Positions 1 to 9,321 of a stretch of 42,656 nt of DNA are shown one piece after another. The translations under genes were made by a program, and so were the position numbers. Source of the DNA: Promethearchaeota archaeon (GTDB lineage: Archaea > Asgardarchaeota > Lokiarchaeia > Sigyniarchaeales > SOKP01); the NCBI GenBank assembly GCA_048938445.1, contig JBHLME010000024.1, positions 1 to 42,656 on the forward strand, written 5' to 3'. Under the pieces are notes generated by a model, which saw only the letters and a list, made by a program, of their open reading frames with translations, did not search any database and was not told the origin of the DNA. Every line of letters starts with the position of its first letter. The stretch's first letter is position 1.

Positions 1-207
1 TCAATAAGATATTTATTATTTAACTTCTACAAGATAAACTTAAAATCACTTTATTATAATATTTCTTTATTTTTCAAAAAAAATATTAAGCATTTATCAT
101 TTTTTTTTTTTGATATAAATTAATATTTATTAATAGTTTTAAAATTTAAAGAATTTTAAAAAATAAAATAATTAGGATTTTATAAAATAATTAATGGATT
201 CATAAAA

Positions 208-414
208 ATGTCAAGAAATAAAAAATCAAAAATACTTATTCCACAACCTCAAAGTAGGTTTTTAAGAGTTAAATGTTTGAATTGTGGGAATCAACAAATT
301 ATATTTGGATGTTCTGCTACTGATGTAGAATGTCTTGTATGTGGGAAAACTTTACTTCAATCTACTGGAGGTAAAGCAAGAATTCTTACTAAGATTTTAG
401 AAGTATTAACTTAA
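208..414 (+). CDS. rps27e: Ribosomal protein eS27 (S27e)
   Basis: [11 protein letters not shown]...[16 protein letters not shown] is the eS27 zinc-ribbon signature. Confidence 0.96.
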   Translation: MSRNKKSKILIPQPQSRFLRVKCLNCGNQQIIFGCSATDVECLVCGKTLLQSTGGKARILTKILEVLT

Positions 415-627
415 ATAAATAATCCAATGTTTTTATGCTATTTAAATGTAAATTTTATTCTATATTTTATAATTTTTATATCTTAGAAACAAATTTTGAT
501 AGAATTATAAATTTGAAAATTATATTTTTAAGTCAATTCAAAAAGAAACATTAAAATATAACTTTTTTTATTTAATAAATGCTTTAGATGGATAAAAAAT
601 AAGAATTACTTTAGTACTAGTTTTTTT

Positions 628-1812
628 ATGACTCCTCAATATTATTCTAAAAAAAAAAAAACAGAAAGATTAAGTTTTACGATAACTCCAGCATTAAAAA
701 ATGATCTAAATGATTTTGTTGAAAAAATGAGAAGTCAAGATCCTAATAATGTGGAGTTCAAGAGTATTTCTTCTTTTTGTTATTATTCAATTAAAAATAT
801 ACTTGATATAAGGAAAAAAGGTATTGAATTAACTTCTATAAATGAATTACCTGATAAAAATACACAAAATTTCTATGAACACATTTCATTTCAAGCAGTT
901 ATACCCATATTTGAACTTGGAATGGCTTTAAATAAATATAGTGATGAAAATATCAAATCTCAAAATTTATTATTTAATTTTAGAAAATGGGTACTAAATG
1001 ATTTAAAAGTAGAGGATAGGAAAAATATTAAAATCTTAATTAGCAGATTAAAAAATTATTTAGTCTCAAACAATTTAACAAGAGAATTAAAATTAGATGT
1101 ATCAAAATCTTCTAGAGAGAACTACAAAGCTATTATAGAATATATTGGTAACTATAAAAACCTCCATTACAATAATCTTAAGGGTATGGCGGGTATTCTG
1201 GGTATACTTGGTTTTAAAATAGAGGATTTTACACTTTCTGATAATGACTTGTATGGTAGGTTTGATTTTATTGAAACCGAGCTATTTAAAAGAAGTGATT
1301 CTGCAAAGAAAGAGAGAAAAAAACTATTAGAAGATAATTTAAAATTCCTTATAAATTATCATAGGATTATAAATGATAAAGAACATTATTTATGGATAAA
1401 ATTAGCTGAAAATAAAGATATTGCAATAAAATTCATTACACCAATAACATATAAAAAATATTTAGATAAAATTATTGACGATATTAATATTTTTGGTGAT
1501 AAGGAGGATTTCCTTTTAGACTTATTAAAAATTTTTGAATCTTTCCATTGGATTTCTATTGAAGACAGTGACGCGTTATCTTTTAGATTAAAAACTTTTA
1601 AATATCCTACTTCTAGTAAAATTGAATCCGCTGAAAATGATTTAAAAAACTACATTAATAAGAATTATAGTGAAGATAAAGAACTGAAAAGATTATTGAA
1701 TGAAATATTAGATGAAAAACCAAGTATAGAAGAAGAATATATTGTAGAAATAATTGAACAATTTGCTATAATTAGGCGTGAAGATGATATATATTATTTA
1801 GAAAAAAAATGA
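628..1812 (+). CDS. Hypothetical protein with possible N-terminal ribbon-helix-helix DNA-binding domain
   Basis: 394-aa ORF. RLSFTITPALKNDLNDFV...SISSFCYYSI fits the RHH strand-helix-helix pattern; the rest is unrecognised. Confidence 0.55.
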   Translation: MTPQYYSKKKKTERLSFTITPALKNDLNDFVEKMRSQDPNNVEFKSISSFCYYSIKNILDIRKKGIELTSINELPDKNTQNFYEHISFQAVIPIFELGMALNKYSDENIKSQNLLFNFRKWVLNDLKVEDRKNIKILISRLKNYLVSNNLTRELKLDVSKSSRENYKAIIEYIGNYKNLHYNNLKGMAGILGILGFKIEDFTLSDNDLYGRFDFIETELFKRSDSAKKERKKLLEDNLKFLINYHRIINDKEHYLWIKLAENKDIAIKFITPITYKKYLDKIIDDINIFGDKEDFLLDLLKIFESFHWISIEDSDALSFRLKTFKYPTSSKIESAENDLKNYINKNYSEDKELKRLLNEILDEKPSIEEEYIVEIIEQFAIIRREDDIYYLEKK

Positions 1813-1814
1813 TA

Positions 1815-3356
1815 TTATCTTTTTTTATTTATTAATGTTTTTTCTATAATTTTATCCAGATTAGATCTATAAACTTGTGTTATATCAATTGGCATCCTAG
1901 TTTTAAATGACTCAAAATTTTTTTTACTTAGTTCTATTAGAACATTGAAAGCAGACTTCAATTTTCTGGAGTTAGTAAATGAATAGAGGTCAAAAATTTT
2001 ATCTGCTAGATTAGAATAAACATCGATTATCTTTTTTTCACATTCATAATACGCTTTAAATGCATATGGAAGGATGTCAAACCCAAAACCTAAATTTGGA
2101 TGTTTAAATGGCATATATCCTTCCATATATAAAAATTCTGGGGGTAAATCTTCAATGAGAATTCTATTTTGTTTATTTAATTCTTTATAAATTATGGTTT
2201 TCGGTATTGGTTTGAAGGTATTAATAGATATTATATCTGATTTTAAATTGATGTTATTATTGATATCTTCAATAATATTTTGTCTTGTATGTATTGGAAG
2301 TCCTATTATACAAGTATGAAAAGTAATGATACCATTTTTATTCAATCTCTCAATTACTTTATCAGCTATATCCTTATTTTTCGCATATCCACCATATAAT
2401 GTGCTTTCGATTCCATAACTAATTCCAATGAATTTCATTGGGGAATTTTGTTGAATATTTTCAATATTAAATTTATTAATATGTTCTAATGAAGCTAATC
2501 CAAAAATAAATATGTTTTTGTCCGTCTCTTTATAGTTTTTAAGAAAATAATCAAATACATCCCTCCATATTTGTTCTGGATAAAAACCATTTGGATCACA
2601 TAAATAAACAAATATGTCTTTTTTAGAAGTCGAAATGAGTTCTTCAAAAAAACTTATGATTTTTTCTCTGTTTGAAAAAGGAAGATAATTATAAAAGTTA
2701 GGAGTTATGCAGAAATTACAATTATGAGGGCATCCTAATTGTGTTACCATATAAGCGGCTTTCATTGAAATTGGGATGGTTGAAACATTTCCAAAGATTT
2801 TAGGAATTTTAAAATCTTTTCCAGCTAATAGTTTTAAACCGAACTTCTTACGAATAAAATTAACACCTTCACCTATACATAGATTATTTGGAGGGATTAG
2901 TCTTTGTATATGAGAATAGACAGATCCTATTCCACCTACTAATAATTCAATATGAGAAAATTCTTTTTTTATAGTATTGATTATTTCTATTGAATTTTCC
3001 ATTCCAAAAGCATATGTACTTAGGGCTATATGGGTGATATCACTATTCTTATCTAATATATCATATAATTTCTTTTTAGAACATTCTTCATTAATGACAA
3101 TATTAGGTATTTCAGGAATATTTTCAGCAATAAAATTTCCTTCAATATTTACATTAGTATTTGTTAAAGCTGGTAATACTTCTTTATTTAAAGGATTTAA
3201 TTCTTTTCCATATTGATTAAAAGCTTTAATTATTGCTTCTTTATTAATCAAAGGATTATTATCATAACTATCATTATTTAAAACATTTAAAGCAATTCCT
3301 TCTGTGGTTATAGAATTTGGGGGATTTGCTTTAACATATAAAATCTTATGATTCAT
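1815..3356 (-). CDS. Radical SAM protein with N-terminal B12-binding-like domain
   Basis: GCPHNCNFC (CxxxCxxC); LLVGG and CIGEG motifs upstream; YGIES and IIGLP motifs downstream. Confidence 0.85.
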   Translation of the reverse strand: MNHKILYVKANPPNSITTEGIALNVLNNDSYDNNPLINKEAIIKAFNQYGKELNPLNKEVLPALTNTNVNIEGNFIAENIPEIPNIVINEECSKKKLYDILDKNSDITHIALSTYAFGMENSIEIINTIKKEFSHIELLVGGIGSVYSHIQRLIPPNNLCIGEGVNFIRKKFGLKLLAGKDFKIPKIFGNVSTIPISMKAAYMVTQLGCPHNCNFCITPNFYNYLPFSNREKIISFFEELISTSKKDIFVYLCDPNGFYPEQIWRDVFDYFLKNYKETDKNIFIFGLASLEHINKFNIENIQQNSPMKFIGISYGIESTLYGGYAKNKDIADKVIERLNKNGIITFHTCIIGLPIHTRQNIIEDINNNINLKSDIISINTFKPIPKTIIYKELNKQNRILIEDLPPEFLYMEGYMPFKHPNLGFGFDILPYAFKAYYECEKKIIDVYSNLADKIFDLYSFTNSRKLKSAFNVLIELSKKNFESFKTRMPIDITQVYRSNLDKIIEKTLINKKR

Positions 3357-3384
3357 TTTTCTTCATTTTTATTATATTTAATTA

Positions 3385-4296
3385 TTATCTAATTTTTGAC
3401 ATACCTAATAAAATAGCATCTTTTGTAAGAAAATACAATGGTAAATAACCATAAAATTGAAATTTAAGATTTAAAAGGATTTCTTGTAATGATGCATCAT
3501 CAATATCAACAATGATAGAAAAAGAGGTGATATTTGTAGAATTTTTAAATTTGATCACCATCTCTTTAAGAATTACATCCTTTAATTCTATTGATATATT
3601 ATCTGAAAACTTTAAATCATACCAAGAATAAGTATAAATATTTTCAGAAAACTCTCCACATAATATATCATCATTGAAGATGTGATATTTTTTTGGAAAA
3701 TTTCTAGTAACTTGTTCGATTTTTATGTTATAAGAAGAATTATTGATAAAAATACTTATATAGGATTTATTTTCAATAAAATTCCTTGGTAATTTTAAGC
3801 GTTTTATCATATCATTTATTACTTTCCATATGATTTTATGAGGATGAATAGTAATTGTAGAATGGTTAAACACAATTTTATTAAAAATTTCAAAATTTTC
3901 ACCAATATCATAAGGTGGAACTGTACCAACTCTCTTAAATTTGAATTGATTAAGAATTTTTAATATTGGAGTATTTTCAGGATGGACAAATGCAAATATA
4001 CTTGTGAAATCAGAAGCTCCAAAATCATCTATAACTTTTATCATAGAAGCACTTAGCATCATCATCAATCCTAAATTTCTGTATTCTTCCTTGATCATTG
4101 TCAATTTTAAAATAACATGATTGTTTTCTATAAGTGCTGCCATTTGAGCAATTAACTCATCATTTATGAATATACCTTTCCAAGCAGCACCTTTTTCATA
4201 ATTAATTAATTTTATATAGTATTCAACTACATTTTTATCATAGAACTCTTTTTCTAAGTAATTATCCCCATAAATAGATTTTATTAGATTTATCAC
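3385..4296 (-). CDS. GNAT-family N-acetyltransferase (true start probably upstream)
   Basis: MIKEEYRNLGL acetyl-CoA motif, ENTPILKILNQFKF, and a second degenerate GNAT-like half; the frame stays open about 30 codons upstream of the GTG. Confidence 0.75.
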   Translation of the reverse strand: MINLIKSIYGDNYLEKEFYDKNVVEYYIKLINYEKGAAWKGIFINDELIAQMAALIENNHVILKLTMIKEEYRNLGLMMMLSASMIKVIDDFGASDFTSIFAFVHPENTPILKILNQFKFKRVGTVPPYDIGENFEIFNKIVFNHSTITIHPHKIIWKVINDMIKRLKLPRNFIENKSYISIFINNSSYNIKIEQVTRNFPKKYHIFNDDILCGEFSENIYTYSWYDLKFSDNISIELKDVILKEMVIKFKNSTNITSFSIIVDIDDASLQEILLNLKFQFYGYLPLYFLTKDAILLGMSKIR

Positions 4297-4522
4297 ATCA
4301 TTAGAATCCTCTAGTGAAAGTTTCTTAATTACTAAATTTTTTGAAATTTCCTTTTTAGTGATTACTTTTATTGTTTCATCACTTAAATGTTTTCAATTTT
4401 GTGTTATATGTTATTTTTGATTTATAAAAGGTTTTTGTTTATCGAATACAAATAATTATATATGGAATTTTGAAATTTCCGATTATCATCATTCTATGTA
4501 CAAAAAAATACTAAAAATTATT

Positions 4523-4534
4523 AAAGTATACTTT
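4523..4534. promoter_or_regulatory. Palindromic putative operator AAAGTATACTTT, copy 1
   Basis: Perfect 12-bp palindrome with variants at 5192-5203 and 5861-5872, each 267-286 bp upstream of a zinc-finger mini-gene. Confidence 0.55.
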
Positions 4535-4696
4535 TTATTTTGTATTAAATCAAATTTATTCTTCTTATTTTTTATATGGCGGATTCTTTATAAAATTATT
4601 TAGAAGGTATTTCTGAATTTTTAAAAATTTGGGTATAACTTCAGCGTTTATTTAAATAAATTCAATATTTTTTTTATTTATTTTTTTGTTTCACGA

Positions 4697-4726
4697 AAAA
4701 AATGACCAATTCGATTTAAATATATA
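4697..4726 (+). promoter_or_regulatory. Putative promoter with TATA box, shared by three zinc-finger genes
   Basis: AAAA(A/G)TGAnnnATTnnATTTAAAT recurs at about 4698, 5367 and 6036, upstream of ORFs 4795, 5459 and 6147. Confidence 0.55.
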
Positions 4727-4794
4727 ATGACTTTTTAGTAGATTAACGAAAAAAAACACTAAATTTATTTATCAAGCGAGGGGATAACGAAAGA

Positions 4795-4983
4795 ATGGTA
4801 ATGAATATAACCGAGAAAGATATACTTAAATCACAAGATCTTTATCTATGCGAAATATGTAAAAAGCAAATTCCTAAGGGCGAGTTAGCTAAAGCATTTA
4901 AGATCACCCATGGGTTTTGGAAAAAGGGTGTATTTATCGAATTTAATTCTCCTATTTTCGTGCATGCAATGTGTTTCAAATGA
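4795..4983 (+). CDS. Small CxxC-x34-HxxC zinc-finger protein (PARP-zf-like), paralog 1
   Basis: CEICKKQIPKGEL...FVHAMCF; purine-rich GAGGGGA upstream; four paralogs in the window. Confidence 0.75.
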   Translation: MVMNITEKDILKSQDLYLCEICKKQIPKGELAKAFKITHGFWKKGVFIEFNSPIFVHAMCFK

Positions 4984-5004
4984 ATTGGAATGCAACTAAC
5001 TAGG

Positions 5005-5062
5005 GATATTTTTTCCTATTCGATTCTGATTCTCTCATTTTACACCGAATAGGAAAAATATC
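5005..5062 (+). terminator. Long stem-loop after zinc-finger gene 1
   Basis: GATATTTTTTCCTATTCG ... CGAATAGGAAAAATATC, about 17-bp stem with one bulge and a 23-nt loop. Confidence 0.5.
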
Positions 5063-5191
5063 TTTTAGGTTAAAATTTTTGGTTCATAACTTGAATAGAC
5101 TCTCAATATTTGAATTTTATTGTTTTGAAAATTTTAAAAAAGGATTCTTGTTTTAGGATTTAATTCTAATTATCTGATTATGAATTATATT

Positions 5192-5203
5192 AAAGTTTAC
5201 TTT
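5192..5203. promoter_or_regulatory. Putative operator copy 2 (AAAGTTTACTTT)
   Basis: Lies within a 25/27 identical repeat (5189-5215 vs 4520-4546). Confidence 0.5.
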
Positions 5204-5458
5204 TTATTTTGAATTTAAAGATTATCAGTCATCTTATCTATTATTTAATAGATTCTTGATCAGAATTCATATTTAGTATTCTATAGATTCTGAAATTTTG
5301 AAAAAATTTTAATGTTTTTATTTAAAAATCTCTACAATTTTACTTTTCTTTTTTTTCCTATAATTAAAAAGTGATCCATTTCATTTAAATAGGAATCTGT
5401 TCATCAATTTAACAAGGTCTTTGGGGTATTTATTATAACAAAAATATATGAGGTATTT

Positions 5459-5719
5459 TTGATAATGCAAGTGATATCAAACAGAATAAATGATCATATT
5501 CCTAATTTTGTATGTGAATTATGTGGAGACGAGCTTACAGAAAAGGAAATGAAAGATATTATAATATTTATACACGGAGATATTGAGCATGATGTTAAAG
5601 AAAGTAAAGCTTTTAAGGAGAACATGCAAACAATCTATATTCATAAAAGTTGCATGGAATTAATTTTAAACGAAAAATTTCACAGTACATGGAAATTATT
5701 TTTCAGTAATTCATTATAA
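5459..5719 (+). CDS. Small CxxC-x39-HxxC zinc-finger protein, paralog 2
   Basis: FVCELC...IYIHKSCM; GAGGT upstream; close paralog of 6147..6395. Confidence 0.8.
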   Translation: MIMQVISNRINDHIPNFVCELCGDELTEKEMKDIIIFIHGDIEHDVKESKAFKENMQTIYIHKSCMELILNEKFHSTWKLFFSNSL

Positions 5720-5746
5720 ATTAGTCTTTTAAATTAAATTGATATG

Positions 5747-5767
5747 AGGGTTATTTGTAATAACCCT
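5747..5767 (+). terminator. Stem-loop after zinc-finger gene 2
   Basis: AGGGTTATT-tgt-AATAACCCT, perfect 9-bp stem. Confidence 0.4.
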
Positions 5768-6146
5768 GAAGTTAAAACATTTTATAATCTTAATTTGCTT
5801 AATTTTAACTTAATTTCCATGTGAGAAATATAATTATTTCCTTATTTATTGAATAATGAAGAGGTATACTTTATAAAAGTAATTTTATGCTTATAAATTA
5901 AATTAACTCCTCAAAAACATTCTTAATATGAATTATATTGGTTTTTAATCATTATTTGCTAAATCTAGCGCTAAATTTTAATAATTTAATGTAATCTAAT
6001 TAGATTTTCATAATATTTATATTAAAATATCAACAAAAAATGATTAAATTAATTTAAATGAATGATTTTTCTTCGATTATGTAAGAACTTAGGGATATCT
6101 ATTGTATATTAGCAACAAATAAAGGAGTAATTTTTTAAATTTAAAA

Positions 6147-6395
6147 ATGATCTCAAGTAATTTACATGAAGAGATCCCCCATTTTGTATGTGAAATATGT
6201 GGGACTAAGCTAGACTGTAATAAAATGAATGATCTCTTCATTTTTGCTCGTGGAAACATTGGAAATGACCTGCGACAAAATATGGCTTTTAATGAACTCA
6301 CGCAAAGGATATATATTCATAAACAATGCATGAAAATACTTATAAACAAAAAATTTAGTAATATACTGCAAGATTCTTATAGTAATTTGCTATGA
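6147..6395 (+). CDS. Small CxxC-x39-HxxC zinc-finger protein, paralog 3
   Basis: IPHFVCEIC...IYIHKQCM, colinear with paralog 2; AAGGAG upstream. Confidence 0.8.
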   Translation: MISSNLHEEIPHFVCEICGTKLDCNKMNDLFIFARGNIGNDLRQNMAFNELTQRIYIHKQCMKILINKKFSNILQDSYSNLL

Positions 6396-6515
6396 TTTGA
6401 AAATTTATAGGCTAAAAAGTAATATTGTTGTTTTTAGAAAGCTGATTAATTGAAGTAATTTCAATTAATTTAAAAGTTTAGAAATAAATAAAGCTTGTAA
6501 AGTTAAATGTGACTC

Positions 6516-6893
6516 TCAACATATCTTTATTTCTTCTCTTGGGACATGCATGAGCATTTTTCTTGGATCTCCTTGGGTGAACATGTCTTTTAATTCTTTA
6601 ATGACAACACTAAAATTTGCTTTATTTAAGTTTCTTTCTGGTCTATGTTCGTCCCTATTAATTTTTTCTATTGGTTGAGCCTTGTGAACGATAATGTTAT
6701 TTTGAGATTGTCTTAATTGCCGTTTTATCATGTTGATTTCACATTTAAGGAAATCAATCTCACTTGTTATTTTTGTTTCTTGAGTTTTTTCTTGTAATTG
6801 AGTGATCTTAAAGCATTTAGGACCATAGCCTCTCTTAATGCTTTCTTGGCTTCTTAAAGCCCTACCACATCTTTTACAATTTGTTTTTTCCAT
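6516..6893 (-). CDS. DUF6011-like zinc finger plus coiled-coil protein
   Basis: CKRCGRALRSQESIKRGYGPKC matches the CxRCGRxLxxxxSxxxGxGPxC pattern, followed by heptads. Confidence 0.75.
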   Translation of the reverse strand: MEKTNCKRCGRALRSQESIKRGYGPKCFKITQLQEKTQETKITSEIDFLKCEINMIKRQLRQSQNNIIVHKAQPIEKINRDEHRPERNLNKANFSVVIKELKDMFTQGDPRKMLMHVPREEIKIC

Positions 6894-7173
6894 GATAAAT
6901 TATTAAATTGATTTCAAATCTTTATTATCCCTAATAATAATAAGTTTTATAATCAATATAAATGATGTAGTTTTTATAAATCAAGATTCTAGATTTTTTT
7001 TTTAAAAAAAATTGTACAAAACATCTTGGCTTCAAAACTATGCACTTCGTGAAACCGTTCTTTCACGAATATATCCACATTTCTCAATATTATGAGGGTA
7101 TTACAGGGATAATACAAGATTTAACTCATATTAATAAATAAAAAAAAAATAGAAAATTCTTTTAAACCTTTCT

Positions 7174-7962
7174 CTATTTTATTCTTTGCTTAAATTTACC
7201 GCTCAAAAACACTGCTAACTTGTCCAATTTACTTGAACTTGCAGAAATTTCTTCCATTGAACTCGATTGTTCTTCAGCAGATGTAGTGATTCCCATGAGA
7301 TCATCAAAAAGTTCTTCTATTTCATATATGATTTCACCAATTTTTACGCTAGAATTTTCAATAGAATTCTTGGACTCTATAGCTAATTTTCTTACTTCGT
7401 CAGCTACAGCGGCAAATCCACGACCATACTCACCTGCCCTACTTGCTTCAATATTAGCATTAATGGCAAGAAGGTTGGTTTGATCAGATATTCTAGTAAT
7501 GACTTCTAAAATTTTTTTAATATATGTTGAAGATTCTCTAATATGCCTACTTTTTTCAAGAATATTTTGAACAGTTGAACTAATTTCTTCCGATGCTGAA
7601 GATACCTCTTCTGAACTCGAAGCTAATTCCGTTGCCATGGTGGATACTTCCGAAGCGGTACTTGAATACTTTCTAATTATTCTTATAATATAAAATTCCA
7701 CAAAAAGTATCATGCCCATAATAGAAGGATATATGATGAGTAGCCCCCCTAAATTCTCTAATTTATATGGTAAGAACGCTACTTGAATTAAAACACCCAA
7801 AACCATTGTAATTACTAATAATGTAACTAGTATTAAAACTTTAATCTCTAAAGATTTATAGGATAATCGATATATTATAATAAAAAATAATGCAAATAAA
7901 AGAAGTATTAACGGGGCGGCAATCATATCCATAAGGAAACTATTAAATAAATCTTGATACAA
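7174..7962 (-). CDS. Methyl-accepting chemotaxis-like protein (about 3 TM plus MCP signalling domain)
   Basis: [37 protein letters not shown] is the MCP hairpin tip; hydrophobic N-terminus. Confidence 0.93.
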   Translation of the reverse strand: MYQDLFNSFLMDMIAAPLILLLFALFFIIIYRLSYKSLEIKVLILVTLLVITMVLGVLIQVAFLPYKLENLGGLLIIYPSIMGMILFVEFYIIRIIRKYSSTASEVSTMATELASSSEEVSSASEEISSTVQNILEKSRHIRESSTYIKKILEVITRISDQTNLLAINANIEASRAGEYGRGFAAVADEVRKLAIESKNSIENSSVKIGEIIYEIEELFDDLMGITTSAEEQSSSMEEISASSSKLDKLAVFLSGKFKQRIK

Positions 7963-8353
7963 CGTTTTTATATCACATATAATAAATTTTTTTTTTTAAT
8001 TTAAACAAAAGTTTAAATATTTAAATCTTTCTTAAAGGAAAATTATTTAAAAAAAATATGAGTATTAATTAATTAAATTTTTTTTTATCTAAGTGTGTAG
8101 AGAATCCTATATTTTATTTAATTTTTATAAAAATCATATATATTTAATGTCATCAATTGAATATGATTTGATTTTATAGAAATTATAAAAAAAATAAACT
8201 AGGTTTAATAATTATTACTTTCAGGATATTTGTTATATTGAATTAATAAGTATTAATTTACTCTTATTTTGAAATTATTTATACTATAAATCAATTATTT
8301 AGCAATGTAAGGTAAAATTAAATATATTTTTGATTCAAAAAATCCTATGAATC

Positions 8354-8938
8354 TTAGTGCCATATATTTCCACATTTGCCACACTTGCATTTCTTACCAT
8401 ACATGCGAGGGTAATCCATTATAATATTTTTTTTATCTATTGATTCATAAATCATATTTTGATCATCATTACCACATTTGGGACATTTTCTTCGGCACGA
8501 TGTGTCTTGTTCATCAACTTTTTTTTTTATTTTACTTTGTTTAATTTCAGATTCATTAAATTTTTCGTTTTTTTGCTTAAATTGATTCTGTAATTCATTG
8601 ATTCTCTCTTCTTTATTAGCAAGTTCTTCCCGAAGGATGTTTATTTCCTCCATGAGAGGCTTTGTCATTGCCATTACTTGTTCTTTTGAAAATAAATTTC
8701 CTTCACCAAATTCTTGAATTTCTTGATGCCTGATATGTAAGTCCTTATCAATATAAAGAATTGCTAATACCTCTTTGACCTCACTTCCATTAATGATTGT
8801 ATCGTGAAGAGTAACATAGGGAAAAGGGTATTTACTTCGTCCTTCAGTAATATTTGTATCTAATTCAACTTTATGAGTGGTACCACAATACTTACAGTTA
8901 TAGTGTCTAACAATAATATTTTTATCAACCATGACCAT
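8354..8938 (-). CDS. Hypothetical protein: N-terminal CxxC, coiled coil, C-terminal zinc ribbon
   Basis: YNCKYC; central heptads; CPKCGN...CGKCGNIW; begins 29 bp downstream of tfs on the same strand. Confidence 0.75.
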   Translation of the reverse strand: MVMVDKNIIVRHYNCKYCGTTHKVELDTNITEGRSKYPFPYVTLHDTIINGSEVKEVLAILYIDKDLHIRHQEIQEFGEGNLFSKEQVMAMTKPLMEEINILREELANKEERINELQNQFKQKNEKFNESEIKQSKIKKKVDEQDTSCRRKCPKCGNDDQNMIYESIDKKNIIMDYPRMYGKKCKCGKCGNIWH

Positions 8939-8967
8939 TCCCTATTAAAAATAGTTATTTTTGGATT

Positions 8968-9306
8968 TTAATATTCTCTCCAGGTGTTTTTACATTTCGT
9001 GCATCTAAAGAAACTCGTAGAAGGCTCATCAGCGCTCCTTGTCTGCTCTTGCCACGCTTCAGCTTCATTATGCTTGCATTTCGGACACTGTCTCATTACT
9101 TTAGGATGAACTGAAATCTTATCATTGTCGGATACAACAATTAAATTCTTATCTAAATCTTTTTTCTTTTCTTTTATGCTCTTTTGAATATCATTAGAAT
9201 TACTTTCTGATTCTTGCTTGTAACCACACCTGCAGGCTAAAAAAGATTTGCCATTAAAAGTCTTTTTTCGTAGTAAGCTTGAGCATTCTGGACAAAATTC
9301 AACCAT
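8968..9306 (-). CDS. tfs: Transcription factor S (TFS / RpoM family)
   Basis: FCPEC N-terminal ribbon; CPKC...QTRSADEP...CTKC..W C-terminal ribbon. Confidence 0.95.
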   Translation of the reverse strand: MVEFCPECSSLLRKKTFNGKSFLACRCGYKQESESNSNDIQKSIKEKKKDLDKNLIVVSDNDKISVHPKVMRQCPKCKHNEAEAWQEQTRSADEPSTSFFRCTKCKNTWREY

Positions 9307-9321
9307 GTTATTCTACATTCT

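Noticed and set aside
4981-5068. TGA stop followed by a hairpin as possible selenocysteine readthrough/SECIS
   Set aside because: The TGA does not align with a Cys in the paralogs, the same-length paralogs end at about the same place, and the stem has no AUGA/GA core
4500-6400. Periodic repeats as a CRISPR array or diversity-generating retroelement
   Set aside because: The period is ~670-690 bp with degenerate copies, there are no cas or reverse transcriptase genes, and no adenine-specific TR/VR pair
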